Numbered from the stretch's first letter, positions 1-8,680 are shown. The stretch: DNA of 21,630 bases from Promethearchaeota archaeon (GCA_019894975.1 JAGXNO010000049.1:1-21630); one strand, 5' to 3'. The notes: generated by a model from the letters alone, not told the origin. Program-made: numbers and translations.

Positions 1-2
1 AT

Positions 3-515
3 CTAGCCCAGCTCTATAAGGATTGTAATAGTGAGAAATGGAACTGGTTCGAAAATTATCTTACTTATTCAAATAGTAAATTGCCTGAGGCTCTTTTTTT
101 TTGCTATAAAACAACTAAAGATGACAAATATTTAATAATTGCCAAAGAATCTTTAGACTTTCTTATTTTTATTTCATTTAAAGACGGAAAATTTGCTCCT
201 ATTGGTCAGAACGGATGGTATCACAAAAATGGCCATAATGCTAGTTATGACCAACAGCCAGTTGATGCTGCTTCAATGGTACAAACATTGAGCGTTGCTT
301 ATGATATCACTAAAGAGAATAGGTATATGAAACTTGCAATCGAAACATTTTATTGGTTCCTTGGAAAAAATTCTCTGAATCAAGAAGTTTATAACAATTT
401 AACGGGTGGTTGCCACGATGGTATTGGAGAGTATTCTCTAAACATGAATCAAGGGGCTGAATCATCAGTTTCTTATTTGCTTGCTAGACTTTCACTTCAA
501 ATATCAAATCAATAA
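3..515 (+). CDS. C-terminal part of a glycosyltransferase-associated six-hairpin (alpha/alpha barrel) protein, 5'-truncated by the window edge
   Basis: The frame is open from base 3 (LAQLYKDCNSEKWNWFENYLTYSNSKLPEALF), so TTG at 81 is internal. Motifs WxWFExxLTYxNxxLP, PIGQNGW, YDQQPVDA, WFLGKN, GGCHDG and NMNQGAES are typical of the C-terminal domain of long GT4-family proteins. Confidence 0.8.
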   Translation, partial: LAQLYKDCNSEKWNWFENYLTYSNSKLPEALFFCYKTTKDDKYLIIAKESLDFLIFISFKDGKFAPIGQNGWYHKNGHNASYDQQPVDAASMVQTLSVAYDITKENRYMKLAIETFYWFLGKNSLNQEVYNNLTGGCHDGIGEYSLNMNQGAESSVSYLLARLSLQISNQ

Positions 516-635
516 TAAAGTAAAGAGAGAACGAAGCAATAATGAGCTAATCTATGCTTAGTTCATATTAACAAACATGTCAAATGGGGATTTTTATACC
601 CTTTTCTTTAAATTCACTAAAGTAAATTCCTAAGT

Positions 636-1021
636 ATGATAAAAACTTTTATTCACGAAATTGATAAACAAATTTCTTCTAATCAGGAATTATATGATCA
701 AACAAATTTTGAGATTTTTAAAGAGAGATTACAGAAGTTAGAATCTCTAAAACGTGAAATTTTAACAATGATGCAAGATCGTGAATACATTTCGCATTAT
801 CCACTCTTTTTTTCAAAATTAGGAAAAATTATTTAGATCCATTTTTATCGTCCTTATCATCAAAATCACCAGAAAAAATTTTACCAATTTTTTCACATGT
901 TCGCTTACAATCTAAAAAGATTAATCCGAGTCTTACATCCTTTGTTGTAGAGACTGTTAATACTGCATTAGGACCCGCTCGTAAAATTAATAAATTTAGG
1001 ATTATTCATTCTTTACTATGA
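636..1021 (+). pseudogene. Hypothetical protein apparently split by a single-base frameshift (ORF 636-836 continues in another frame to TGA at 1019-1021)
   Basis: After the T7 run at 807-813 the -1 frame stays open (KIRKNYLDPFLSSLSSKSPEKILP...RIIHSLL*). Its TGA overlaps the ATG of ORF 1018 as ATGA. Confidence 0.4.
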
Positions 1022-1239
1022 TTTTTACAGTCAGTTTTCATTTTCGGGAACCATTCATACCGGATATAATTGCGCTTATCTCTTTTATTTTATTTTTAGT
1101 TGGGAGTATATTGTTGAAAAAAGATCAAAAAATTAAAGGGGTAAATCTCCTCATTATTGGGGGTATTATTTTTATGAAACCTTTATTAACTAAAAAAAAG
1201 ATAATAAAATATCAACTAAAACTATTATTGTGTAATTAA
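1018..1239 (+). CDS. Small hydrophobic membrane protein or remnant; possibly the C-terminal helices of a VIT1/CCC1-like protein
   Basis: Two hydrophobic segments (IIALISFILFLVGSILL; VNLLIIGGIIF). It lies directly upstream of DUF211, which in archaea often neighbours VIT1/CCC1-type genes. The family call is weak. Confidence 0.35.
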   Translation: MIFTVSFHFREPFIPDIIALISFILFLVGSILLKKDQKIKGVNLLIIGGIIFMKPLLTKKKIIKYQLKLLLCN

Positions 1240-1260
1240 ACTTAAAAGTTTTATAAAATA

Positions 1261-1515
1261 ATGAAAGTAAGGTATTATCTCGACGTTTTAAAAGCCCACC
1301 AACCCGGAGTTGATTTAGTAGCTCGTAATCTTTTGAAAATTAATGGAGCAACAAAAGTTTGCATTAAAGTTGATGAATTAGATCAAGAAACAGCTTCTCT
1401 CTATATAAACGTTGAAGGGACTAACCTTACTCTTAATGAAATAATTGGAATCTTGGATTCAATGAATTGCGAACTCCACAGTGTTGATCAGGTTGATATG
1501 GAAAAAGAGGACTAA
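1261..1515 (+). CDS. DUF211 (COG1888) family protein
   Basis: 84 aa with LDVLKxHxP at the N-terminus, central VDELDQET...VEG and C-terminal LHSVDQV, matching the DUF211 pattern. Confidence 0.88.
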   Translation: MKVRYYLDVLKAHQPGVDLVARNLLKINGATKVCIKVDELDQETASLYINVEGTNLTLNEIIGILDSMNCELHSVDQVDMEKED

Positions 1516-1533
1516 TAAAGGAAGCCTTTTTCT

Positions 1534-1601
1534 GCCGAAGTAGCCAAATCGGTCAAAAATATTGATACTCATCGATTGTCAAATGATCATAGGTCCCGAG
1601 T
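1534..1601 (+). pseudogene. Degenerate, 3'-truncated tRNA-like remnant (possible CAT anticodon)
   Basis: GCCGAAG-TA-GCCAAATCGGTCAA resembles an acceptor 5' strand plus D-arm. CTCAT lies at 1568-1572. AGGTC-CCGAG-T (1591-1601) resembles a variable loop plus T-stem. No TTCGA loop and no 3' acceptor strand. Confidence 0.3.
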
Positions 1602-1740
1602 GTTGTCTGCATTCCCCAAACGATGTAGGGTGTTATAGTGTCAGGATAGGTTGTGCTGTGAAACTCTTTCCCTGTATAGATATTAAGAATGTCTAAGTTA
1701 AAAAAGTTCCTCTGACCTGCATATCTTAAACTGTAGCAAA

Positions 1741-3033
1741 CTAGGGAATAATTAATGAATATAAAGTTAAGTAGATTATACTAACTCCAATATGTATTAA
1801 AGTCATCATAGAACCATATTTTAATAATGATTTATAGTTAAAATCTGATACGTCATTTTTTTCTGCTAGATTTAAGGTTATTAAATCACTTGCAGCTCCT
1901 TGTGGTAAAAAATTAGAGCCAATATTTATCCCAAGGATGATTGCCATAATAACAATGTTAGGGACTTGCTCTATACCATAAATATTTTGCATTAATGTGA
2001 TAAATACGAGAGCAGTTGGAACTTGGGCTAAAAAGCCAGACAACACACTTATCATCAGTAAAATTGTTATAGCCGCAATAAGAGCATTATCCGAGATAAA
2101 GTTATCTATTAAATCACCAAGAATTATAAAAGTTCCATTTATTTGCATTGTACCCATAAGGAGGAATATTCCTATAAAGAATGTAATAACCTTTAGATCA
2201 GTTTTAAGAAGAATGTCTGTAAAGTTTTTTCGATTTAAAAGACACATTATAACCGCACCAACAACAGCGACTAAATAAGCTTCAGGGATAATGATTAATG
2301 CAAAAATTATACCCACAAAATATATTGAATTGAAAACAAATTTCTTTTTATTAACAATAGTTATGCTAGGATTCATGATATCAAGAAGAATTTTCTTATA
2401 ACTTTCAGGAGGGGCTTTTTGTTTTCTAAGCATGGTAAAATCTATAAGGAAAAGGGTGTAAATTAGAGTTGGAATAACTACCAGAGAAAAGTTTAATAGA
2501 AAGTAATTAAAATTAAGTGAAAAAGCATTTGCTATAAGAATATTCTCAGCTGAACTAAAAGGAGTATAAACAGACCCAATATTAATTGTAAAACTAAGAC
2601 CAAAAAGATAAGGTGCTGGATTTATTTTCAGGATTTTACAAGCTTGGATGACGACGGGTACAAAAATAATTATTACTGTAATATCAGAGATAATTGCTGA
2701 TGTCATACTTGCCATAAAACAGATCAAAAAGAAGAATTTTCTATGATCAGCTTTCGTCCAATGAATGGTTTTTAAGACGATCCACCTAAATATGTTTTGT
2801 TCTTCCATAATGGCAACTATAATTTGCATACAGATTATAAAAAATATCGGTTCAAATTCGATATAGGCTATAAATTCTGTAAACCCAACATCAAAGGTAA
2901 TACCTGCAATAAAACACGCAATAACTGCTGATAGTAATGTAAAAGAAATATAATCTAACCGTTCCTTTGTAAAAATTACCATTATCGCTAGAAATAGGAC
3001 AGCTGAAGTAATAATTGATACTATCTCATCCAT
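1741..3033 (-). CDS. ArsB/NhaD (ion transporter superfamily; SLC13/P-protein-like) membrane permease
   Basis: 430 aa, many TM segments. Duplicated motifs SAIISDIT...NIGSVYTPFSSAENILI and LSGFLAQVPT...NIGSNFLPQGAASDL. Confidence 0.85.
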   Translation of the reverse strand: MDEIVSIITSAVLFLAIMVIFTKERLDYISFTLLSAVIACFIAGITFDVGFTEFIAYIEFEPIFFIICMQIIVAIMEEQNIFRWIVLKTIHWTKADHRKFFFLICFMASMTSAIISDITVIIIFVPVVIQACKILKINPAPYLFGLSFTINIGSVYTPFSSAENILIANAFSLNFNYFLLNFSLVVIPTLIYTLFLIDFTMLRKQKAPPESYKKILLDIMNPSITIVNKKKFVFNSIYFVGIIFALIIIPEAYLVAVVGAVIMCLLNRKNFTDILLKTDLKVITFFIGIFLLMGTMQINGTFIILGDLIDNFISDNALIAAITILLMISVLSGFLAQVPTALVFITLMQNIYGIEQVPNIVIMAIILGINIGSNFLPQGAASDLITLNLAEKNDVSDFNYKSLLKYGSMMTLIHIGVSIIYLTLYSLIIP

Positions 3034-3391
3034 CTTAGGCTTATCCTCAATTAAATCAAATAGATCTAACTAATTCATATTTCTGTAACTTCATTATTAA
3101 GTTTTGGTGATTACGATTATATTAATTAACACCCATGATCTTGCATTTAATCAGCAAAATAAGCTAATTTTTGTTTTGGGAGAAATGATTGACCCTTAAA
3201 TAAATAACACACCAAAAAAGGATTAACAGATTTCATAAGAACTGTATATTTAGCCGATCAAGCCCTTCAGACATTAATCTAATCAAGTAACCAACATTAA
3301 AAAATGTGAATAGTTTTACATTGTAAATATTAGGATCTCCATTCAATTTATAACTAAAAGCTTATTATTACATCTTAAAAAGTGAAATAAA

Positions 3392-3832
3392 ATGAAAACC
3401 CTTAGGGAATCTATTGAAATAAATGTCTCTCCCGAAATCATTTGGGATTGGATCTTACATATTGCAGAAAATTACCTTGAATGGCATCCTTCTCACATTA
3501 AAGCTAATTGGGAAACAGAAATAGCTAGTGAGGTTGGCTCTATTTTGTATGCTGAAGAAGATATTAGTGGAGAATTTTTAAAGATGAGTTCTAAGTTGAC
3601 TAGACTTATCCCAAACAAGCTGTATAGATTTAAGACTGTAGGGTCTTTAAAACTCATACTAGCTGGTGGTTCTTTTGAAATAGAACCCTCCGAAAAAGGG
3701 AGTATTTTCACAACAACTCTAGACTTTCACATGGGCAAACTACTTTCGAAATTTATTAAGAAGAAAGTGCAACAAATATCCCAACACATGATTGAAGAAG
3801 GACAAAATTTGAAAAAGATTTTAGAGAAATAA
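3392..3832 (+). CDS. SRPBCC (polyketide cyclase/START-like) family protein
   Basis: SIEINVSPEIIWDWI...YLEWHP N-terminus and C-terminal helix HMIEEGQNLKKILE. Confidence 0.85.
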   Translation: MKTLRESIEINVSPEIIWDWILHIAENYLEWHPSHIKANWETEIASEVGSILYAEEDISGEFLKMSSKLTRLIPNKLYRFKTVGSLKLILAGGSFEIEPSEKGSIFTTTLDFHMGKLLSKFIKKKVQQISQHMIEEGQNLKKILEK

Positions 3833-4545
3833 AAAAAGAAAAAAAAAACAATAAAAAAAAATCATTACTCGATAGGTTGGAAAATAAGTTTTTGGTCGTA
3901 ACCAAAACTTAGAAAAAATAGAATTAATTATTTTTTATGCTTTCTATAACAATCTCGACAATAGACAGGTCTGCCTTCTTTAGGCTCAAATGGAACTTCG
4001 CACTCGTTTCCGCAGTCGGCACATGTGGCTTTGTGCATCGTTCTATTGCCATAATTTCTATTAGACATACTTTCACCAAATTTTAATTTTATACTTGAAC
4101 CTATGAAATATCTCTGTTCAAACATGTAAGATATATTTTTAAATATAATAAACCTTGGTATTATGAAAATTACGCTTCAAAATTGTGTTAGAAAATATCT
4201 TGGTTATTTTTAGTGTAATTGGGTTAAATTGAGGTATTTAGAGAGAAAAAAGTGAAAGCGTTTAAAATTTTAGGGGGATAGGACTTTCAATTATAAAAAA
4301 TACATCCGAGTATTCAATCTTGATACCACTTGCTGGGCCTTCAACATCTATTACCAAATCTTCTATAACGTAGGGAGCTACTATATCACTATAGAATGTT
4401 TTAGTATTTGGAATCTGCAATATCTTCTAGACCTTTAATTGTGCCTAAAGTTAATCCATGGTCCATAGGTATTATTATAGTTCTTTTAGTTTTTCTATCA
4501 ATAAATTCGAAGGTTGCTAAGAAGAAAGTACAAGAAATATCCCAA
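3745..4545 (+). repeat. Imperfect 40-bp direct repeat: 3745-3784 (inside the SRPBCC gene) and 4506-4545
   Basis: ttcgaaatttattaagaagaaagtgcaacaaatatcccaa vs ttcgaaggttgctaagaagaaagtacaagaaatatcccaa: 34/40 identical, ungapped. Confidence 0.8.
3928..4068 (-). CDS. CxxC-x17-CxxC domain small zinc-finger protein (46 aa)
   Basis: MHKATCADCGNECEVPFEPKEGRPVYCRDCY matches the family signature. Start moved to ATG 4068, which has a GGTGA RBS just upstream. Confidence 0.92.
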   Translation of the reverse strand: MSNRNYGNRTMHKATCADCGNECEVPFEPKEGRPVYCRDCYRKHKK

Positions 4546-4581
4546 TTAAGTATAATTAAGGAACTAGAGAGTATTGACTAA
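4405..4581 (+). pseudogene. Remnant resembling the C-terminal TM helix and tail of an FtsX-like ABC permease
   Basis: Frame without an ATG: YLESAISSRPLIVPKVNPWSIGIIIVLLVFLSINSKVAKKKVQEISQLSIIKELESID*. In-frame TAG immediately upstream. Confidence 0.35.
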
Positions 4582-4696
4582 AATGGATTTTTAACTCTTT
4601 TATGTTTATTATTTTAATTCTTCTTAAGGAATTGAGGGAAAAAGTTAAATATTCTATAGAATTATATTTATTATAACTCTATAGAGGAAAAAATAC

Positions 4697-4969
4697 ATGC
4701 CTACAACAATCCAAATTGATGATGAAACCAAGAAAAAGTTATTTAGGATCAAGCTAAGATTAGAAGAGCAAAAGGGGGAAGCTGTAACATATAACGATCT
4801 CATTGAATATCTAATAGAAAGCCAACCATCGAACCTGATTAGAAAATCAAATTTACAGAAATTCAGAAGCTTGAAAGGTATATTATTAAAATCTGGAAAG
4901 AAGACATATTTAGAAGAAAGAAGAAGGGATTTAGACAAAGAAGAAAACCTTGCCCCTTTTAAAGAATAA
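4697..4969 (+). CDS. Putative VapB-type antitoxin (ribbon-helix-helix-like)
   Basis: MPTTIQIDDETKKKL...TYNDLIEYLI fits an RHH pattern. GAGG RBS. Ends 14 nt upstream of a PIN-domain gene. Confidence 0.75.
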   Translation: MPTTIQIDDETKKKLFRIKLRLEEQKGEAVTYNDLIEYLIESQPSNLIRKSNLQKFRSLKGILLKSGKKTYLEERRRDLDKEENLAPFKE

Positions 4970-4983
4970 AAAGAAGTGATTCA

Positions 4984-5430
4984 ATGAACATTAAAGAAAT
5001 CTTAATTGATACCCCTAATCTTGTTTTGGATACAAGTGTTTTACTTGGTTATTTCATGAATGAGGCAAAAGATATTAATTCATTATTAGAGGAGTATATT
5101 TTTACCCAAGAATCAAAGATAATACTTTATGGGCATAATCTAATTAAAACAGAACTTTTTTATGTAATATGTCGCGAAAAAGGTGTCACTGAAGCTGAGA
5201 TGGTTTTAAAAAAAATAGAAGGCATTATGAACATCATAAGTGATACATGGTTGTTCAAAAAGGCAGCAAATATTAAATGTAGATATCCTCTCGCAATTTC
5301 AGATTGTTTCTCAATTTCCTTATCCATCCTTCAAGAATGTCCTTTGTTTTTCCTTCCAGAAGTCGAGTTATCGAAAACAATTGTAGACAAAATAAATAGA
5401 GAATATAATGCGAAAATTCAAATAGTGTGA
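4984..5430 (+). CDS. vapC: PIN-domain protein (VapC-type toxin)
   Basis: LVLDTSVLL, ELFYVICR and AANIKCRYPLAISDC are PIN motifs. Operonic with the upstream small RHH gene. Confidence 0.82.
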   Translation: MNIKEILIDTPNLVLDTSVLLGYFMNEAKDINSLLEEYIFTQESKIILYGHNLIKTELFYVICREKGVTEAEMVLKKIEGIMNIISDTWLFKKAANIKCRYPLAISDCFSISLSILQECPLFFLPEVELSKTIVDKINREYNAKIQIV

Positions 5431-5566
5431 AAAAGGTACTAGATTGACTAAATCTGAATACCATATAACTAGAAATCCAAACTTATATTGCACGTTTCGT
5501 GGCTTTACACAAAGAACTTCAAGATACCGTTATAGCCAGAACATCGTATATTCTTTAGTTACAGCC

Positions 5567-5665
5567 TTAATTATCTAATTGAACTCCACAAGAGATACAA
5601 AATTTACCGGTTTTGCCGTTTTTTTCTCCGCAAATGGCACAAAATATTGTTGTACAATTTTTCAT
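5567..5665 (-). CDS. 32-aa zinc-ribbon microprotein (not in the ORF track)
   Basis: ATG 5665 to TAA 5567 translates as MKNCTTIFCAICGEKNGKTGKFCISCGVQLDN, with two FCxxCG knuckles in zinc-ribbon spacing. Confidence 0.6.
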   Translation of the reverse strand: MKNCTTIFCAICGEKNGKTGKFCISCGVQLDN

Positions 5666-5756
5666 TCATAGTCATAATATTTAATTTAAACTTAAGACAA
5701 TTATAAAAATCGCAAAAAATAATAAGATAATATTAAAAGGAATTTAGGTCCACGAT

Positions 5757-6743
5757 ATGAAGTATGTTAGATTAGGGAAAACTGGGATTGAAGTTTCCCG
5801 AATATGTTTGGGCATGATGTCCTTTGGGAATAGCCGAGAGTGGGAACTTGAAATTGACCAAGCAAGGCCCATTGTGAATAAAGCATTGGATTTAGGAATA
5901 AATTTCTTCGATACAGCGAATGTATACTCAGCAGGTAGGTCAGAAGAAATTACTGGTGAGTTACTTAAAGAATCAAGAGAGGATGTTATAATTGCTACAA
6001 AAGTTTATTTATCTGCATCAGGGATTAGAGATCCAAGAGAGAAACCAAATCAAATAGGATTGTCACGAAAACTAATACGAAGAGAAATAAATGGATCTTT
6101 AAAAAGACTTGATTTAGATTACATTGATTTATATCAAATTCACCGACTGGATTCGAATTTACCTCTTGAAGTAATCCTAAGAAGTTTAAATCATTTAATT
6201 AATGAAGGAAAAGTACTCCATATAGGTGCAAGTTCCATGTTTGCATGGCAATTTGCTAAAAGTTTATGGATTGCTGAAAGATATGGTCTGGAGCCATTCA
6301 GAACTATGCAGAATCATTATAATCTTATATACAGAGAAGAAGAAAGGGAAATGATTCCATTGTGTAAAGATCAAGGAATAGGTATAATTTGTTGGTCACC
6401 ATTAGCACGAGGATTTCTTAGTGGAAGATATTCCCGTTCAGATGAACCTGATTCTCCTCGAGTAAGATCGGATCCGAATTTGAAGAGAAGATATTTCCAT
6501 CCCTTAGATTATGATGTTTTGGAAGCTGTAGTAGAACTTGCTCAGGACAAGGGTGTCTCTCCTGCTCAAATTGCTCTCGCATGGATGTTTTCAAAGGATT
6601 ATGTCTCATCTCCGATATTGGGAGTTACAAAAGTAGAGCACGTTGAACAAGCGGTTGAAGCTTTAGATATAAAACTTTCAAACGATGATATTAAGAAATT
6701 AGAAGAACCTTATGTACCACATCAAATAATAGGACATGTTTAA
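5757..6743 (+). CDS. Aldo/keto reductase
   Basis: LGKTGIEVSRICLGMM, FFDTANVYS (catalytic D/Y), IATK, DLYQIHR, IGASS, QNHYNL and WSPLARG. Confidence 0.96.
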   Translation: MKYVRLGKTGIEVSRICLGMMSFGNSREWELEIDQARPIVNKALDLGINFFDTANVYSAGRSEEITGELLKESREDVIIATKVYLSASGIRDPREKPNQIGLSRKLIRREINGSLKRLDLDYIDLYQIHRLDSNLPLEVILRSLNHLINEGKVLHIGASSMFAWQFAKSLWIAERYGLEPFRTMQNHYNLIYREEEREMIPLCKDQGIGIICWSPLARGFLSGRYSRSDEPDSPRVRSDPNLKRRYFHPLDYDVLEAVVELAQDKGVSPAQIALAWMFSKDYVSSPILGVTKVEHVEQAVEALDIKLSNDDIKKLEEPYVPHQIIGHV

Positions 6744-6766
6744 GGTATAGAGCACGGCAACAATAT

Positions 6767-7102
6767 TTAGTCAATAATTCGTCGGAGTATCATCTCAAGA
6801 GTTCCATTTGATCTTTTCGTGCCTATGAGAAATTTTCGAGGTTTAGGTTTTTGAACGGGAGATTGGACATAGATATCGACAGGAAACTTATGTATTATGG
6901 CTTTCTCCAGATTTTCTTCCTGTGGAATCAAATTTCTTTCGGTTAGTGTTATATAATATACGCTTGTACTGCTATTGCATCTAGGGCATCCTGGAATAAA
7001 TTTAGAACTAATGAAAATGACAGGATCCTCGAATTTGGGTAGATTTGTTTTAAGGTACTCGCCTAATTCTCCCGATGCGATTATTTCCATATAAGATCCC
7101 AT
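6767..7102 (-). CDS. Hypothetical protein with a CPRC motif, possibly HesB/IscA-like fold
   Basis: 111-aa ORF with a strand-helix-strand start followed by GCPRC. The family assignment is tentative. Confidence 0.55.
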   Translation of the reverse strand: MGSYMEIIASGELGEYLKTNLPKFEDPVIFISSKFIPGCPRCNSSTSVYYITLTERNLIPQEENLEKAIIHKFPVDIYVQSPVQKPKPRKFLIGTKRSNGTLEMILRRIID

Positions 7103-7348
7103 ATTTATTTAGTTATTTTAACTTGGTCTTTTTGGATTAAAACATTTGAGGATCAATTATCAGTTTTTCTGATTGTTAACAGTTACGTAATCAATTCTCT
7201 AATCTTGGTTCATACTTTTTAGCCATACTTCCTCTTATGTTAATAGTATTTAGAGTAGACTTTACTAAAATGATAATATTTTAAAAGCATTAATTTAAAA
7301 TATATTGAGATTTGTTTAGGCATAACAATAATTTAAGAAGTTTTTCTT

Positions 7349-7663
7349 ATGGAAAATAAAGAAATAGTAAGATTTTTAGTAATTATTGGTGGGATAATCG
7401 GTATTTTTCAAGCCATCCTTAGCTTTGGTAATTGGGGTCTAGGTTTTTGGGGCCCAATGGCTGCTGTTAATATTTTTTCATCAATAGTTGGGATAATAAT
7501 AGCTATCCTAGTACTCTTAAGCGTATTTCGACCGGGTGATCCAATTCCTTACAAAGCTTGGTTGTTAATTCTATTTGGAGTTTTATTGACTTTTTTTAAC
7601 TCTTGGGTAGGAGGAGTATTGGTTTTAGTTGCCGGAATACTTTGGCTAGTATGGAAACTCTAA
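7349..7663 (+). CDS. Small hypothetical membrane protein (3-4 TM)
   Basis: Highly hydrophobic, Gly-rich helices. Followed immediately by a T12 tract. Confidence 0.8.
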   Translation: MENKEIVRFLVIIGGIIGIFQAILSFGNWGLGFWGPMAAVNIFSSIVGIIIAILVLLSVFRPGDPIPYKAWLLILFGVLLTFFNSWVGGVLVLVAGILWLVWKL

Positions 7664-7665
7664 AT

Positions 7666-7677
7666 CTTTTTTTTTTT
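7666..7677 (+). terminator. Oligo-T archaeal terminator
   Basis: T12 run 2 nt after the stop of 7349-7663, between convergent genes. Confidence 0.6.
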
Positions 7678-7708
7678 ATTATTATAGAGCATTTTGACGG
7701 ATTTTGTT

Positions 7709-8680
7709 TTAATGTTCCATAGTTATTACTAATTTTCCTCTAACGTGTCCTTCTTCAAGATACCGCATAGCTTCAGCAACCTCACTTAACGGATAACGTT
7801 TATCTATAACAGGAACTATTTTACCGGCTTCAAAAAGCTCTTTGATAGAATCCATATCGTCTTTATTGTTTGGTTTCCAAACCACGAGACCCATTTTCTT
7901 ACTTCCAAATATTGATATCAATGGTCCTAGGAAAATAGTTTGGAGAATCGTACCCTTGGAACCTCCGACCAGACCAAAGATTCCCTTGGGATTCAAAGCA
8001 CGCTTGTAATCAAATATCGAATGATGTCCTGCAACATCAAGAATCCGGTCATAACGCTGTCCACTTTTGGTGAAATCTTCTTGAGTGTAATCAATGACAT
8101 GGTCTGCACCAATGGAGCGTAGCATATCCAATTTCTCCGTGCTGTCCACGCCAGTTACTTCAGCCCCAAATGATTTTGCAATCTGCACTGCAAACGTTCC
8201 CATACCACCACCCGCACCATTAATCAAAACCTTTTGTCCTGGTTGGATCTGTCTTTTTTTTTTTTTTTTTAGACCTTGAATGGCGACTACTGCTGATTGA
8301 GGTATGGTTGCTGCTTGTTCGAATGTCATACTGACTGGTTTCAGCCTTAATTCTTTTTCAGGAACGCATACATACTCAGCAAAAGCCCCAAAACCAGGTT
8401 TGGTTAAATCCGCTAATATCTCATCACCTATCTGAAACTGCTTTATGCTTCTACCAGCCGCTTCAATCCGCCCCGCGATGTCAGATCCAAGTATCTCATA
8501 TCTCGGTTTTCGAGAAAAGGGTGGTTGATATCTACCTCTCATTAAATCCAAATCAGCTGCATTTAAGGATGCAGCATGAATCTTTACCAGTACCTCATTT
8601 TCCTTGGGAGTCGGTTTTTCCACTTCTTGAAGCTGAAGAACTTCTGGTGACCCGTATTCTGTGTATACAATTGCTTTCAT
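7709..8680 (-). CDS. NAD(P)-dependent MDR-family oxidoreductase (alcohol dehydrogenase/quinone reductase-like)
   Basis: MKAIVYTEYGSPEVLQL, LGSDIAG, GAFAEYV, VLINGAGGGMGTFAVQIAK, GADHVIDY and GHVRGKLVI. Confidence 0.95.
   Translation of the reverse strand: MKAIVYTEYGSPEVLQLQEVEKPTPKENEVLVKIHAASLNAADLDLMRGRYQPPFSRKPRYEILGSDIAGRIEAAGRSIKQFQIGDEILADLTKPGFGAFAEYVCVPEKELRLKPVSMTFEQAATIPQSAVVAIQGLKKKKKRQIQPGQKVLINGAGGGMGTFAVQIAKSFGAEVTGVDSTEKLDMLRSIGADHVIDYTQEDFTKSGQRYDRILDVAGHHSIFDYKRALNPKGIFGLVGGSKGTILQTIFLGPLISIFGSKKMGLVVWKPNNKDDMDSIKELFEAGKIVPVIDKRYPLSEVAEAMRYLEEGHVRGKLVITMEH
8254..8270 (-). repeat. A17 homopolymer inside the MDR coding sequence
   Basis: 17 consecutive T on the + strand, encoding L-KKKKK-R in frame. 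Confidence 0.9.

Noticed and set aside
1642-1674. Possible SECIS element or selenoprotein readthrough
   Set aside because: The hairpin lacks a clear AUGA/GA core, and the flanking genes end in TAA/TAG with no in-frame TGA at a conserved Cys position.
3034-3391. Possible hidden gene or ncRNA in the transporter-SRPBCC spacer
   Set aside because: Only short interrupted frames; I could not support any motif or stable structure.
4069-4125. Longer 65-aa version of the CxxC-x17-CxxC protein
   Set aside because: The GGTGA RBS precedes ATG 4068 and the extension shows no family resemblance.
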